Shown one piece after another: positions 52,331 through 62,751 of a stretch of DNA of 64,000 nt. The stretch's first letter is position 1. Every line of letters begins with the position of its first letter. A program made the translations under genes and the position numbers. This DNA is from Pseudonocardia sp. (GTDB lineage Bacteria > Actinomycetota > Actinomycetes > Mycobacteriales > Pseudonocardiaceae). The notes under the pieces are model-generated. The model made no database searches, was not told the DNA's origin, and was given only the letters and a program-made list of their open reading frames with translations. Location: assembly GCF_036500625.1 (NCBI RefSeq), contig NZ_DASYBQ010000012.1. One strand, given 5' to 3'.

Positions 52331-52374
52331 CCAGCCAGCTGAGCACAGCGAAAGCGAACGAGCCGACCCAACCA

Positions 52375-52457
52375 GCCGCTGAGCGCCAGCGAAGTCGGCG
52401 GCCCCATCACGGGGGTGCCGCTGAGCGCCAGCGAAGTCGGCGGCCCATCACGGGGGT
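52375..52457. repeat. Two tandem ~42-bp direct repeats next to a REP-like GC-rich element
   Basis: gccgctgagcgccagcgaagtcggcggcccc(c)atcacgggggt at 52375-52416 and 52417-52457. Confidence 0.85.
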
Positions 52458-52518
52458 CGGGGGGCGGAGCCCCCGGCCGGGGTGTGGGGGTTGGACCCCC
52501 ACAGGACAGCCGAGACGA

Positions 52519-52550
52519 GGCCCCGCTCGCGCGTTCCGCGAGCAGGGGCC
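52519..52550 (-). terminator. Probable ssrA terminator hairpin
   Basis: ggccccgctcgcg / cgcgagc(a)ggggcc, 10 nt beyond the tmRNA 3' end. Confidence 0.55.
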
Positions 52551-52560
52551 ACCCACCTCG

Positions 52561-52937
52561 TGGAGGTGCCGGGAATCGAACCCGGGTCCTCCGGCGCATC
52601 ACAAGGGCTTCTCCGTGTGCAGTCCGCCGTGCCTCTACTCGGATCCACCGGTCACGCGGACGAGCCGGTGTGACGATCCCAGCCGCTGTTTGATGTCCCG
52701 CCCGACCCCGCGACCGGGTTGGACGGTGAGTCCCCTAGCTGATGCCGGACACCGGAGCGGGGACGCCTCCGGGCCGACAGACGCTAGCTCTCGCTCAGGC
52801 GGCGAGGGCGAATGCGTCGCGCTTAACCTGTTGGTTGGCGCTTAATTGTTTTGCGACGGGTGGTTAACGAGCTCATCGTCGCCTTCCTCGACACGCTTCC
52901 CCTTGATCAACGTCCGAAGTCGAAACCGTTCACCCCC
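52561..52937 (-). ncRNA. ssrA: tmRNA; tag peptide (A)NQQVKRDAFALAA-type at 52795-52839
   Basis: 5' GGGGGTGAACGGTTTCGAC, 3' GGTTCGATTCCCGGCACCTCCA, resume context TAAGC-GCC and FALAA* tag end. Adjacent to smpB. Confidence 0.95.
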
Positions 52938-53009
52938 TGGTACTTGTGTAACCGCTCCAGGGTAACGCGTCGGTCCAACGGGATCTTCCCTCGGCTCGGG
53001 AGGTCTCGA

Positions 53010-53954
53010 CTAGGACTGCGATCCGGTGTCCGCGAGGCCGAGCAGCCGGCGCGGGGTCTCGTACAGCACCCTGCGCAGGAAGGGCACACCGAGTCGGTCG
53101 TCCGACTCGGCCCATCGCTGGATGACCCGCAACTGCTCGGCATAGTGGTACGGCAGTTGCGGGTAGTCCGAACCGAGCACAAGGCGGTCGCCCAGCCCGG
53201 CGAGCAGTGCCGGCCAGTCCGCCGGCAGCGGCATCAGCTCCTCCATGAACGCGGTGCCGACCATCGTGGTGTCCAGGTGGACCCGCGCGTAGCGCTGGGC
53301 GAGCTCGAGCGCGCCGGAGTAGTCCGGCATGCCGGCGTGCGCGAGCACCGCGAGCAGGCTCGGGTGCGCGTCCAGCACCTCGGCGAACACGTCGAGGCCG
53401 GTGTAATTGCCGCGCAGCGGGCCGTGCCCGCAGTGCACCACCACCGGCACGCCGGCCTCGGCCAACATCCGCCACGCAGGGGTGAGATACGGGTCACGCG
53501 GATCGAACCCGCCGACCTGGACGTGCACCTTCACACAGCGAGCACCGGCGCCCAATGCGGCGCCGAGATAGTCCTCGACCCCCGGCTCGGGATAGATCGT
53601 GGCGGTGGGCACCGCCTCGGGGGTGCGCGCGGCGAAGTCCAGCACCCAATTGGTCAGCCAGGCCGCCATGCCCGGCTTGTGTGGGTAGACCAGCGGCGCG
53701 AACCGTTGCACGCCGAGCTGGCGTAGCAGCTCGACCCTGGTCGGCTCGTCATAGCGGTAGGTGATCGGCCACGGCTTGCCGTAGTGCTGTTCGGCGTTGT
53801 CGAAGTAGGCCCAGACCTTGCGCAGCACCCGCTCGGGCAGGAAGTGCACGTGCATGTCCACCAGCCCGGGCAGGCCGAGCTCGGCGAGCCAGCGGGGCAC
53901 GTCGGCGTCGTCGGTGGGCGGGCTGGGCAACGCGCTGTCGGTGCCCTGTTTCAC
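53010..53954 (-). CDS. Amidohydrolase family protein
   Basis: VDMHVHF, K.HVQVG, HCGHGP, LAHAGMP, LDTTM and LGSDYP motifs. Confidence 0.9.
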   Translation of the reverse strand: MKQGTDSALPSPPTDDADVPRWLAELGLPGLVDMHVHFLPERVLRKVWAYFDNAEQHYGKPWPITYRYDEPTRVELLRQLGVQRFAPLVYPHKPGMAAWLTNWVLDFAARTPEAVPTATIYPEPGVEDYLGAALGAGARCVKVHVQVGGFDPRDPYLTPAWRMLAEAGVPVVVHCGHGPLRGNYTGLDVFAEVLDAHPSLLAVLAHAGMPDYSGALELAQRYARVHLDTTMVGTAFMEELMPLPADWPALLAGLGDRLVLGSDYPQLPYHYAEQLRVIQRWAESDDRLGVPFLRRVLYETPRRLLGLADTGSQS

Positions 53955-54424
53955 ACCATGCCCTTGGCGCGCCGGCCCAGGGCCCGGGTGATCTCCCGTT
54001 CGGCGTCGCGCTTGGCCAGATCCTGGCGCTTGTCGTGGCTCTTCTTGCCTCGGGCGAGCGCCAGTTCGACCTTGACGTTGCCGTCGGAGAAGTACATCGA
54101 CAGCGGCACCAGGGTGAGCCCACCCTCGCGCGTCTTGCCGATCAGACGCTCGATCTCGCCTCGGTGCAGCAGCAGCTTGCGGGTGCGGCGCGCCTCATGG
54201 TTGGTCCAGCTGCCCTGGGTGTATTCGGGGATGTGCACGTTGCGGAGGAAGATTTCGCCGTCGTCCACCGTGGCGAACGCGTCGACCAGTGATGCCCGGC
54301 CCAACCGCAGACTCTTCACCTCGGTGCCGACCAGCATGATCCCGGCCTCGTAGGTGTCCAGGATCGCGTAGTCGTGCCGTGCCTTCCGGTTGGACACGAT
54401 CACCTTCCGGCCCTTTTCCCGCAT
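53951..54424 (-). CDS. smpB: SsrA-binding protein
   Basis: [38 protein letters not shown] and ARGKK.HDKR motifs. Confidence 0.97.
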   Translation of the reverse strand: MREKGRKVIVSNRKARHDYAILDTYEAGIMLVGTEVKSLRLGRASLVDAFATVDDGEIFLRNVHIPEYTQGSWTNHEARRTRKLLLHRGEIERLIGKTREGGLTLVPLSMYFSDGNVKVELALARGKKSHDKRQDLAKRDAEREITRALGRRAKGMV

Positions 54425-54505
54425 CACTCCAGCCTACCGGTGCGATCGCACACGTTCTTCGCCATTCCGGCCCATGGGGTCTCCGCGCGGTGCTTGCCTA
54501 GCGGT

Positions 54506-55753
54506 ATGGACTGGACTGGGTACCGGGGCCGAGGTGGCGGCGCGCTGAGCGGCGACCTTGCGCGCAAGGCGGTACCGATCGGCGTGCTCGTCGCCGTGGT
54601 TGTGCTGATCATCACCGTGGTTGTGGTGATTTCCCCCGTAGGCGGCGCAGCCTTCTTCGGACCGATGCTCGCCAAGGGCGGCCACCACTCCAAGAGCCAC
54701 TCCAAGAGCCACTCCAAGAGCAAGAAGGACAGCTCCTCGGACGACTCGTCGTCGGACAGCTCCTCCGACGACTCATCCTCGGGCGACTCCTCGTCCGACG
54801 ACTCGTCCTCCGGTGGCTCTTCTTCCGGCGACTCGGGCGGCTCGACTTCCGGCGGCTCCTCAGGCTCGTCCGGCGACTCCACCTCCGGTGGCTCCTCAGG
54901 CTCGTCCGGCGACTCCACCTCCGGTGGCTCTACCGCGAATGGATCAGGCTCCGGCGGGTCCAGCTCCGGCGGGTCGGGTACGAGCGGGGCTGGCTCGGAC
55001 AACTCCGGTTCGACACAGCAGAACGCCGGGTGCACCATGGTCATCACCGATATGTCCGGTCTGGACAACGCAATCAACAACGCGAAGCCGAACGATGTGA
55101 TCTGTGTGCGGATCAACAACCAGACCATCGGCGGCAACGGCTCGACGAGCGGCGGCAACAACAGCTCGACAGGCAACAACAGCTCCAGCGGCAACAACGG
55201 CTCGACAGGCAACAACAGCTCGACAGGCAACGGCTACAACGGCAACTCGGCTAACGGCTCCAGCAACGGGGTATCGGTGAGCCCGTCAGCGCTACCGACC
55301 GGGCCGGCGAAGCAGGAACACATCTGGCTGACCGGATACTCCTGGCAGGACAACACTCCGCCCGGCTCGTCCATCGTCAGTCACCCGATCCTGCACAAGG
55401 AGGCCAGCGGTACCGGCACCTACGAAGACCCGATCACTGTCGCGGTTCCTGGGCAGGGCAATGGCATCTGGAAGGCCGGCGGGCGGTTCTACCTACCTAC
55501 GGTCCAGCGCTACGTGATCGTCGAGGACACCGGGGCCAGCCCGCCGCACTCCGGCGAGGACGGGCATCTCGACATGTGGATCGGCGGCCAGGGCGGAAGC
55601 AAGTCCGCCACCGACAGCTGCATGAACAAGATTACCGGTGACAACGTGCCCGCCCAGTACAACCCGCCGCCGAACCTGCCAGTACTCAGAGGACCGATCT
55701 ACGGCAACGGCGGCTGCAACATCCCCAGTGGCGGGGGCGCGTCCAAGGACTGA
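54506..55753 (+). CDS. Secreted or membrane-anchored protein with Ser/Gly/Asn-rich linker and C-terminal 3D-like (double-psi barrel) domain
   Basis: N-terminal TM and a long low-complexity tract, then TGYS.QDN.PPGS, YEDPITVA, IVEDTG and HLDMW (three Asp motifs). Confidence 0.6.
   Translation: MDWTGYRGRGGGALSGDLARKAVPIGVLVAVVVLIITVVVVISPVGGAAFFGPMLAKGGHHSKSHSKSHSKSKKDSSSDDSSSDSSSDDSSSGDSSSDDSSSGGSSSGDSGGSTSGGSSGSSGDSTSGGSSGSSGDSTSGGSTANGSGSGGSSSGGSGTSGAGSDNSGSTQQNAGCTMVITDMSGLDNAINNAKPNDVICVRINNQTIGGNGSTSGGNNSSTGNNSSSGNNGSTGNNSSTGNGYNGNSANGSSNGVSVSPSALPTGPAKQEHIWLTGYSWQDNTPPGSSIVSHPILHKEASGTGTYEDPITVAVPGQGNGIWKAGGRFYLPTVQRYVIVEDTGASPPHSGEDGHLDMWIGGQGGSKSATDSCMNKITGDNVPAQYNPPPNLPVLRGPIYGNGGCNIPSGGGASKD
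54686..55230 (+). repeat. Intragenic tandem repeats
   Basis: cactccaagagc x3 (54686-54721), a 36-nt unit x2 (54854-54925) and ~18-nt GNNSST units (about 55153-55230). Confidence 0.8.
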
Positions 55754-55758
55754 GCTCG

Positions 55759-56658
55759 CTAGAGGCGGACGTAGAGCCGTAACGTGACGTAGCCGGTAAC
55801 TGCCGCGATCCCAGTGCCCAGCACGAACAGCAACGGCGACACAGCCAAGATGTCCGAGTACTGGACGATCGGGATGACCCCGTCGCCGAAGCCGCTGGTG
55901 ATCGCCTGGTCCAAGAACAACCCCTTGCCCAACAGCAGGCTGCCTACCGCGAGGGCGGTGCCCAGTACACCGGTGACGGCCGCTTCCAACAGGAAGGGCA
56001 GCTGCGTGTACCAGCGGGTGGCTCCCACCAGCCGCATCACGCCAACTTCGGTGCGCCGGTTGAACGCCGACAACTGGACCATGTTCGAGATCAGCAACGC
56101 CGCCGCCAACACCTCGACCAGCGCCAGGGTGAACACCACGTCCCGGATGGTGCGCAGGAAGCTGAACAGCCGCTCGACCACGTCACGCTGGTCGGTGATC
56201 CGCGCCACCCCGACCTTGCCGGCCAGCAGCTTGGCCAGCTGGGTCGACTGGTTCGGGTCGACCAGTTTGACCCGCAGCGACGCCGGCAGACCCTGCGGGC
56301 GGGCCAGCGTGGCGAGCGTCTGCCCCTGGAACAGGCGCTGGAAGCGGGCGTAGGCCTGCTGCTGGTTCTCGTAGGTCACCGCGGCGACCAGGGGCGAGGA
56401 CTTCAGCACGTCGCGTAGTCCCGCGCAGATGCTCTGCGAGCAGTCCTGGTCGTGAATGGACACGTCGAGAGTGAGCGAGACGACCACCTCCAGGCGGTCG
56501 CCGTAGAGGTTTTGGGTCTGGTCGATGGTGTGCACCGCAAGCATGCCGGTGCCGAGCAGGCCCAGCGAGATCGCGGTGGTCAAGATCATCGCGATGGTCA
56601 TGGTGATATTACGGCGCAGGCCGGTGACGACCTCGCGGAACAGGAAGTTGAAGCGCAT
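55759..56658 (-). CDS. ftsX: Cell division permease FtsX
   Basis: GLRRN.TMT.AMILT, ISNMVQLSAFNRR.EV..MRLVGA.RWY.QLPF..E motifs. Follows ftsE. Confidence 0.96.
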   Translation of the reverse strand: MRFNFLFREVVTGLRRNITMTIAMILTTAISLGLLGTGMLAVHTIDQTQNLYGDRLEVVVSLTLDVSIHDQDCSQSICAGLRDVLKSSPLVAAVTYENQQQAYARFQRLFQGQTLATLARPQGLPASLRVKLVDPNQSTQLAKLLAGKVGVARITDQRDVVERLFSFLRTIRDVVFTLALVEVLAAALLISNMVQLSAFNRRTEVGVMRLVGATRWYTQLPFLLEAAVTGVLGTALAVGSLLLGKGLFLDQAITSGFGDGVIPIVQYSDILAVSPLLFVLGTGIAAVTGYVTLRLYVRL

Positions 56659-56661
56659 CGC

Positions 56662-57351
56662 CTACCGACCCACGCCGTAGACGCCACGGGTCTCGTCCCG
56701 TACGACCCTTCCCATTGCCAGCTCGACCACGCGACGGCGCATCGAGTCAACGATGTTGTGGTCGTGGGTGGCCATCAGCACCGTTGTACCGGTCCGGTTG
56801 ATCCGCTCCAGCAGCAACATGATGTCCTGGCTGGTCTCCGGGTCCAGGTTTCCGGTGGGCTCGTCGGCAAGTAGCACCAGTGGCCGGTTCACAAATGCAC
56901 GCGCCAGGGCAACTCGCTGCTGCTCGCCGCCGGAGAGCTCATGGGGCATCCGGCCGGCCTTGCCCTCGAGACCGACCAGCTCGAGCACCTCGGGCACCAC
57001 CTTGCGAACGGTGCGGATGGGCTTGCCGATGACCTCCAGCGCGAAGGCCACATTCTCCGCGACCGACTTGTTGGGCAGCAGCCGGAAATCCTGGAACACG
57101 CAGCCCACCCGCTGACGCAGCCGGGGGACCCTGCGGCGGGGCAATGTCGTCACGTTCCATTCCGACACGAACACGTCACCGCTGGTCGGCAGGTCCTCAC
57201 GCAGCAGCAGCCGCAGGAACGTCGACTTGCCGGAGCCGGACGGCCCGATCAGGAAGACGAACTCGCCCTCACCGATGTTCACCGACACGCGGTCCAGCGC
57301 CGGGCGCGTGGACGTCTTATAAGACTTGGAGACGTTCTCCAGTCGAATCAC
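56662..57351 (-). CDS. ftsE: Cell division ATP-binding protein FtsE
   Basis: [37 protein letters not shown] and MATHD motifs. Confidence 0.97.
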   Translation of the reverse strand: MIRLENVSKSYKTSTRPALDRVSVNIGEGEFVFLIGPSGSGKSTFLRLLLREDLPTSGDVFVSEWNVTTLPRRRVPRLRQRVGCVFQDFRLLPNKSVAENVAFALEVIGKPIRTVRKVVPEVLELVGLEGKAGRMPHELSGGEQQRVALARAFVNRPLVLLADEPTGNLDPETSQDIMLLLERINRTGTTVLMATHDHNIVDSMRRRVVELAMGRVVRDETRGVYGVGR

Positions 57352-57402
57352 GGAGCGCGAGCCTACTAGGGTCGCGTTCGCGGCACGTCAGCGCGCGGTG
57401 TC

Positions 57403-58518
57403 TCAGCGGTCGGAGTGCTGCTGGCGCCGCCACCGGATGCCGGCTTCCAGGAAACCGTCTATCTCGCCGTCGAGCACCGCCGAGGGGTTGCCCACCTCGA
57501 AGTCGGTGCGCAGGTCCTTGACCATCTGATACGGATGCAGCACGTAGGAACGCATCTGGTTGCCCCAGCTGGACCCGATGTCCTTCAGCGCGTCCATCTT
57601 GGCCTGCTCCTCCTGCCGCTGCCGCTCCAGCAGCTTGGCCGACAACACCGCCATCGCGCTGGCCTTGTTCTGCAGCTGAGAACGCTCGTTCTGGCACGAG
57701 ACCACGATGCCGGTCGGAAGGTGGGTCAGCCGCACGGCGGAGTCGGTGGTGTTCACGCCCTGGCCACCCGGCCCCGAAGAGCGGTAGACATCGACCCGCA
57801 GGTCCTTCTCGTCTATCTCCACGTGGTCGGTGGACTCGACCACCGGCACCACCTCGACACCCGCGAACGAGGTCTGCCGCCTGCCTTGGTTGTCGAACGG
57901 CGAGATGCGGACCAGTCGATGGGTGCCCTGCTCCACAGACAGCGTCCCGTAGGCGAACGGCGCATGTACCGCGAAAGTCGTCGACTTGATGCCCGCCTCT
58001 TCGGCGTAGGACGTGTCGTAGACGTCGACCGAGTACTGATGACGTTCCGACCAGCGCAGATACATGCGCATCAGCATCTCGGCGAAATCGGCGGCGTCTA
58101 CGCCACCCGCCTCCGACCGGATCGTGATCAGCGCGTCACGCTGGTCATACTCGCCAGAGAGCAACGTGCGCACCTCGAGCGCGCCGATGTCGGACCGCAG
58201 CTTGACCCGCTCCGCATCGGCATCGGCAAGGGCCTGAGAGCCCTCCGCGCCGTCGGTTTCTTCGGCCAGCTCGTAGAGCACCGGCAGATCGTCCAACCGA
58301 CGCCGGATCTCGGTCACATGCCGCAGCTGAGCCTGCGCCCGAGACAACCGGCTGGTCAGCGCCTGGGCGCGTTCCTGATCGTTCCAGAGGTCGGGCTGGC
58401 CCGCCTGTTCAGACAGCTCATCGACCTCGGCCCGCAGCTTGGCGACATCCAGCACCGCCTCGATCCCTTCGAGGGTGCCATCCAGGTTCTTAATCTCCGT
58501 TGCCACGTCGAGGTTCAC
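57403..58518 (-). CDS. prfB: Peptide chain release factor 2
   Basis: [20 protein letters not shown] (SPF) and [15 protein letters not shown] (GGQ). Continuous reading frame. Confidence 0.97.
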   Translation of the reverse strand: MNLDVATEIKNLDGTLEGIEAVLDVAKLRAEVDELSEQAGQPDLWNDQERAQALTSRLSRAQAQLRHVTEIRRRLDDLPVLYELAEETDGAEGSQALADADAERVKLRSDIGALEVRTLLSGEYDQRDALITIRSEAGGVDAADFAEMLMRMYLRWSERHQYSVDVYDTSYAEEAGIKSTTFAVHAPFAYGTLSVEQGTHRLVRISPFDNQGRRQTSFAGVEVVPVVESTDHVEIDEKDLRVDVYRSSGPGGQGVNTTDSAVRLTHLPTGIVVSCQNERSQLQNKASAMAVLSAKLLERQRQEEQAKMDALKDIGSSWGNQMRSYVLHPYQMVKDLRTDFEVGNPSAVLDGEIDGFLEAGIRWRRQQHSDR

Positions 58519-58622
58519 AACGGTCCAGGGTACGACCCAATGTGCCCGGCCGTTCGACCCACCGCCTCGGCGACTCGTGGCGATGCACCCAGAGGATCCG
58601 GTGAGCGTGTCGGGCGCGCCCT

Positions 58623-60131
58623 TCAGAGTGTGGGCGAGGTGCACTCGACCGTTACGGCGGCCTGATTGGGCACATCATCGGGATCAGCGTTCAGGCACCC
58701 CACATCTGAGAGCACACTGTCCAGGAACCGATCGTCCGGGAACCCGTCGTCCGGGAAACCCACATCTGAGAATCTCACGTTGAGGAACTCGGCATCAGGG
58801 AACTCGGCATCCGGAAATCCCACCTCGTGAAGTTCACTGCCTGGATCGCTACCTCCTTGGGGATAACTCAGCCGCGGCGGATACCTGGTGAACCGGTGAC
58901 CGGTGGGCGACCTCCAAGTGAGCCGGCCGTCGGGATCACGCGTGACGGACCAACCTGGGCTGTGTTTGAGCCGGTGATGGCTGCGGCACAGCGGGCCGAT
59001 GTTCCCCCCGCTGGTCGGACCAGTGCCTTCGCGCGCGTTGTGCGGGACGTGGTGGTCGATGTCGCAACGGTGGGCGGGCACCCGGCACCCTGGGTGGCCG
59101 CAGGTGTGGTCCCGGACCATGGCATGCCCGGCGAGAGGCGGCGGGGGCCGGTAGCGTGCGGTGCCGTAGTCGAGCAGTTGCCCGCTGACCGGGTCGGTGA
59201 CCAACCTCCGCCAGGTGCCTTCGGCGGCGAGCTGATGAGCGACTTCGGCGGGGATGGGGCCGTAGCCGGCCAGCTCGGCGGGTAGCTGGTCGAGCCCGAG
59301 CAGTGTGGTCAGCGAGACGGTGACGTGAATCTGCGCCTCGGCGCGGGAGCCCGAGCCGTCGGCCCGGTCGAGCACCAGGTCGACCAAGGCATCGGCGCGG
59401 CGATTATCCATCGATCGGTCCTCGCCCTGGCGGACCGCGCGGCGGGCGTAGTCGTCGAGCACACCGTGGATCGCGACTGCCTCGGCAGCGGGCAGGTATG
59501 CAGACAGCGTGGCCATGCCGTCGCGCTCTGACGCTAACCGGACACACCGTGCCCGACGTGCCCGCTCGGCGCGGCGGCGCAGCGCATCGGCGTCGAGCCC
59601 CGCGACCACTCGACGGGCGGTGCCTCGGATCTGACCGGTGGTCCGGCCAGAGGCATGCCACAGGATCTCTGCCTCGGCCTCCCCCAACAGCGCGGGGTCG
59701 AGCCCGGCCGTCTCGTCGGCGATCGCCCGTGCCGAGGACAGGCTGATGAGACCCGAGCCCAACGCGGACAGCACGGCCGGCAGGCGCTCGACCAGGGTGA
59801 GCGCATCGTCGACCCGAGCGGCGGCGGTCCGCGCGGCCAACCGGGTCATCGCGCCCACGCCGGCGCACACCGAGGCATACACCTGCTTCGGGTCGTCGCC
59901 GAACTCCGGATCGGTCGTCACCTCGGCGGCGAACCCGGCTATCTCCCGCACCTGGGCAGCCTGGGCGAACGCGATCACCTTCTCCCAGGCGCCGACCCGT
60001 TCGAGCCGTTCCGCGCAGTCGCCACCCTGCTGTTGGTCGAGCACCGTAGCCAGGAGCCCATCTGGCGCACAGGCAGACCACACCGGCCCCGCGGCCTCCG
60101 GAGCCTCGACAGCGCAATATGATTCGAACAT
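58623..60131 (-). CDS. DUF222 / 13E12-repeat family HNH endonuclease
   Basis: R.V......DGMA.L, R.DAL.DL, TDP..G..L..G...YRP, RD..C..PGC......CD.DH and N..PLCR.HH..KH motifs. Confidence 0.92.
   Translation of the reverse strand: MFESYCAVEAPEAAGPVWSACAPDGLLATVLDQQQGGDCAERLERVGAWEKVIAFAQAAQVREIAGFAAEVTTDPEFGDDPKQVYASVCAGVGAMTRLAARTAAARVDDALTLVERLPAVLSALGSGLISLSSARAIADETAGLDPALLGEAEAEILWHASGRTTGQIRGTARRVVAGLDADALRRRAERARRARCVRLASERDGMATLSAYLPAAEAVAIHGVLDDYARRAVRQGEDRSMDNRRADALVDLVLDRADGSGSRAEAQIHVTVSLTTLLGLDQLPAELAGYGPIPAEVAHQLAAEGTWRRLVTDPVSGQLLDYGTARYRPPPPLAGHAMVRDHTCGHPGCRVPAHRCDIDHHVPHNAREGTGPTSGGNIGPLCRSHHRLKHSPGWSVTRDPDGRLTWRSPTGHRFTRYPPRLSYPQGGSDPGSELHEVGFPDAEFPDAEFLNVRFSDVGFPDDGFPDDRFLDSVLSDVGCLNADPDDVPNQAAVTVECTSPTL
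58690..58825. repeat. 15-nt/60-nt periodic repeats encoding an xxFxD pentapeptide-like tail
   Basis: cccacatctgag recurs at 58699 and 58759, with a variant at 58819. Protein reads [45 protein letters not shown]. Confidence 0.75.
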
Positions 60132-60139
60132 GTGTTCGA
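60124..60139. promoter_or_regulatory. LexA SOS box
   Basis: TCGAAC-atgt-GTTCGA is a perfect match to the actinobacterial TCGAAC-N4-GTTCGA consensus and overlaps the HNH ATG. TAACCT -10-like hexamer 7 nt upstream. Confidence 0.85.
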
Positions 60140-60191
60140 GGTTAGCAGGTCATGCAAGGTCCCGGAAAGGAGTTTCTTCGCGGACTCGGCG

Positions 60192-60809
60192 TCAACCCGA
60201 GGACCGGGGCGGAGGGGAATCCGGCTCGCCCCGCCCAGACCCCACCGGAGGCGCGGGCCCGGCCCGCCGCTGACACACCAGCTCGAGGACGTGGTAGCCG
60301 ACCACGCCAAGCAGCAGTAACAGGGCCAGCCAGAAACCGACCCGGTTCTCGACCATGCCTTGCACAATCGTGGCAGGCAGGAAGGTGTCCCTCCGCAGCT
60401 CATCAACCGCGCCACTGTGCACCACGGTCTGGTTAATGATCAAAAGCAGCAACGCCGAACCGCCGGCGATGATGCTGCTCAAACTCTGCTGTCGCGGCCT
60501 GGCGCAGGTGAGGACGACTCCCGCGATGATCGCGAGGACAGTGAGCAGCGCCAGCAGCTGCCACGGCACCGATGCCTCCTGCTGCCTGCGCGCGAGGTAG
60601 TCGCTCATGCCGAGGGATGCGGTGATGTCCGGCGCGCCACCGAAGGCCAGGTCCCAGCCGCTGTAGCTGGCGCGCACGCTTCCGACCGGCGACTCGCAGG
60701 ACACCGTGAGGAACGGCAGCCCGAAACAGAGCAACGCCAGCAGGAAACCGGCTGGACTGATCACTCGACGCCCCGACCGAGCCTTGATCACCCCGCCAGC
60801 GTAGGCCAC
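60192..60809 (-). CDS. Hypothetical multi-pass membrane protein
   Basis: Four hydrophobic segments and LCF.LPF.TVSC. No function recognised. Confidence 0.65.
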   Translation of the reverse strand: MAYAGGVIKARSGRRVISPAGFLLALLCFGLPFLTVSCESPVGSVRASYSGWDLAFGGAPDITASLGMSDYLARRQQEASVPWQLLALLTVLAIIAGVVLTCARPRQQSLSSIIAGGSALLLLIINQTVVHSGAVDELRRDTFLPATIVQGMVENRVGFWLALLLLLGVVGYHVLELVCQRRAGPAPPVGSGRGEPDSPPPRSSG

Positions 60810-60845
60810 CGCCCCGCCGAAACCCCCAAAACCGCGACCGGGATG

Positions 60846-61925
60846 TCAGGACACGCCGGCACCGACCGCCTCGGCGATCGAGGAGTAACCGGCCTCCCGC
60901 ACCATCCGCGCCAGCCCCCGGTGGATCCGTCGGGGCCACAACCCGCCGCCGTAGATGAACCCCGTGTAGCCCTGCACCAGGGTGGCACCGGCTTGAATGC
61001 GCTGCCAGGCGTCCCTCGGCGTCTCGATGCCGCCGACCGAGACCAGCACCAGCCGGTCGCCGACCCGGGTCCGCAGCCGAACCAGCACCCGCAACGCACG
61101 CGAAGCCAGCGGCGCCCCGGAGATGCCGCCCGCGCCGAGCGCGGCGACCCGCGCGGTGTCGGTCGCAAGCCCGTCGCGCGAGATCGTGGTGTTGGTCGCG
61201 ATGATGCCGTCGAGACCCAACTCCATGGCGAGGTCGGCGACCGCGTCCACGTCCTCGTCCGCCAGGTCCGGCGCGATCTTGACCAGCAGCGGGACCGCCG
61301 GCCCCACCGCCTGCCGCACCGCGACCAACAGCGGCCGCAGCGCCTCGACCGCCTGCAGGTTGCGCAGGCCTGGTGTGTTCGGCGAACTGACGTTGACCAC
61401 CAGGTAGTCCGAGACAGGGGCCAGCGCGGTCGCCGAGGCCACATAGTCGGCGACGGCCTCGCTCTCCGGCACCACCTTTGTCCTGCCGATGTTGACGCCC
61501 ACCACGCCGCCGGTCCGGTCCCGGCGGGCCAACCGCGCCGAGACCACGGCCGATCCGGCGTTGTTGAAGCCCATCCGGTTCAGCAGGGCCCGGTCAGCGG
61601 TCAGCCGGAACAGTCGGGGGCGGGGGTTGCCCGGCTGCGCCCGCGCGGTCACTGTGCCGACCTCGACGAAACCGAAACCGAGCCCGCTGAGCGCGTCCGC
61701 GCCGAGGCCGTCCTTGTCGAACCCGGCGGCCAGCCCGAGCGGGCCGGCCAGCTCCAGTCCCAGCGCGCGCACCCGCAGCACCGGGTCCCGGGGCGCCAGC
61801 CAGCGGGACAGCAGCCGCCGCAGCGGCGGCACCAGCCCGACCAGCCGGATCAGCGCGAAGCCCACCCGGTGCGCGGTCTCCTCGGGTACGTGCCGCACCA
61901 CGAGGGCGAACAGGATTCGGTACAC
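60846..61925 (-). CDS. pyrD: Quinone-dependent dihydroorotate dehydrogenase
   Basis: [55 protein letters not shown] and GG.SG motifs. Confidence 0.96.
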   Translation of the reverse strand: MYRILFALVVRHVPEETAHRVGFALIRLVGLVPPLRRLLSRWLAPRDPVLRVRALGLELAGPLGLAAGFDKDGLGADALSGLGFGFVEVGTVTARAQPGNPRPRLFRLTADRALLNRMGFNNAGSAVVSARLARRDRTGGVVGVNIGRTKVVPESEAVADYVASATALAPVSDYLVVNVSSPNTPGLRNLQAVEALRPLLVAVRQAVGPAVPLLVKIAPDLADEDVDAVADLAMELGLDGIIATNTTISRDGLATDTARVAALGAGGISGAPLASRALRVLVRLRTRVGDRLVLVSVGGIETPRDAWQRIQAGATLVQGYTGFIYGGGLWPRRIHRGLARMVREAGYSSIAEAVGAGVS

Positions 61926-62015
61926 CCGCACAGCCTGCCGCAACGCGTACCGACGTCCACGACCCCCCGGACGGTGGGCGTCACTCGGTAGGCATGACCC
62001 CGGGGGCCGCCGGCG

Positions 62016-62549
62016 TCACTCGGTGGGAATGGCCTCCAGCAGGGCGAGCACCGCGCGGTTGTGTGCCACCGCGAACTCGGCGATCACCCGGTCGTACGGC
62101 GACGACCCGTTGTCGGCCGCCGTCATCATGGCGGCCTGTGCCTCGGCGAGCCGCTCGGTGTAGGCCGCCCGGCCGCGGGTGATCAGCGCGCGCCGCTGCC
62201 GCACGGTCAGCAGCTCGGCGTGGCGCAACCGCAGGATCAATGGACTGCGCAGCTGGTCAGCGCCCTCAGCGGAGAGCAGCCACGCTTTGAACGCCCGCTT
62301 GCCAGCCGGGGTGAGGACGTACTGCTGTGACGCCCTTGGCCCCTGCTCCCCCAGCTCGAGCAGGCCTGCCTGTGCCAGTGCCGGCAGTTCCCGGTACACC
62401 TGGCTGCGGGTGACCGAGAAGAATGTGCCGAACCGCTGCCCCGCCGCCGAGACGAGCTGGCCCCCGGTCATCGGCCTCGCGTGCAGCAGCCCGAGCAACG
62501 CGGCCGCCGTGGCGTTCACTGATCCGATCCCAGCTTTCACCTCGGTCAC
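62016..62549 (-). CDS. PadR family transcriptional regulator
   Basis: LLGLL...PMTG, SQVYREL..L...GL and Y.LT..G..AF..WL motifs. Confidence 0.88.
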   Translation of the reverse strand: MTEVKAGIGSVNATAAALLGLLHARPMTGGQLVSAAGQRFGTFFSVTRSQVYRELPALAQAGLLELGEQGPRASQQYVLTPAGKRAFKAWLLSAEGADQLRSPLILRLRHAELLTVRQRRALITRGRAAYTERLAEAQAAMMTAADNGSSPYDRVIAEFAVAHNRAVLALLEAIPTE

Positions 62550-62751
62550 ACGGCCACCGTGCCACGGTCCTCTCGACGCTGTCCACAGTGGTCCGCCCCC
62601 CACCCGATGGGTGACCTGAATTGCGACCTATACTCCCGCGAACAGGTACGGGGGCGTAGCCGAACGTACGCCGGGCGGAGTCGTACCGGACCCTGGTCCA
62701 TGACAGGTCCGAGCCGACCGGATACCGGCTTGGACGAGGAGCGAGGCGCCC

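Noticed and set aside
52375-52457. CRISPR array
   Set aside because: Two abutting repeats without spacers, and no cas genes.
55780-55782. bldA-type TTA control of accessory genes (TTA at 3739, 27533, 37401)
   Set aside because: The core gene ftsX also has an in-frame TTA, so TTA is not restricted to secondary-metabolism genes here. Kept only as weak supporting detail.
57403-58518. Programmed +1 frameshift in prfB
   Set aside because: The frame is continuous with no CTT-TGA slippery site, which is normal for Actinobacteria.
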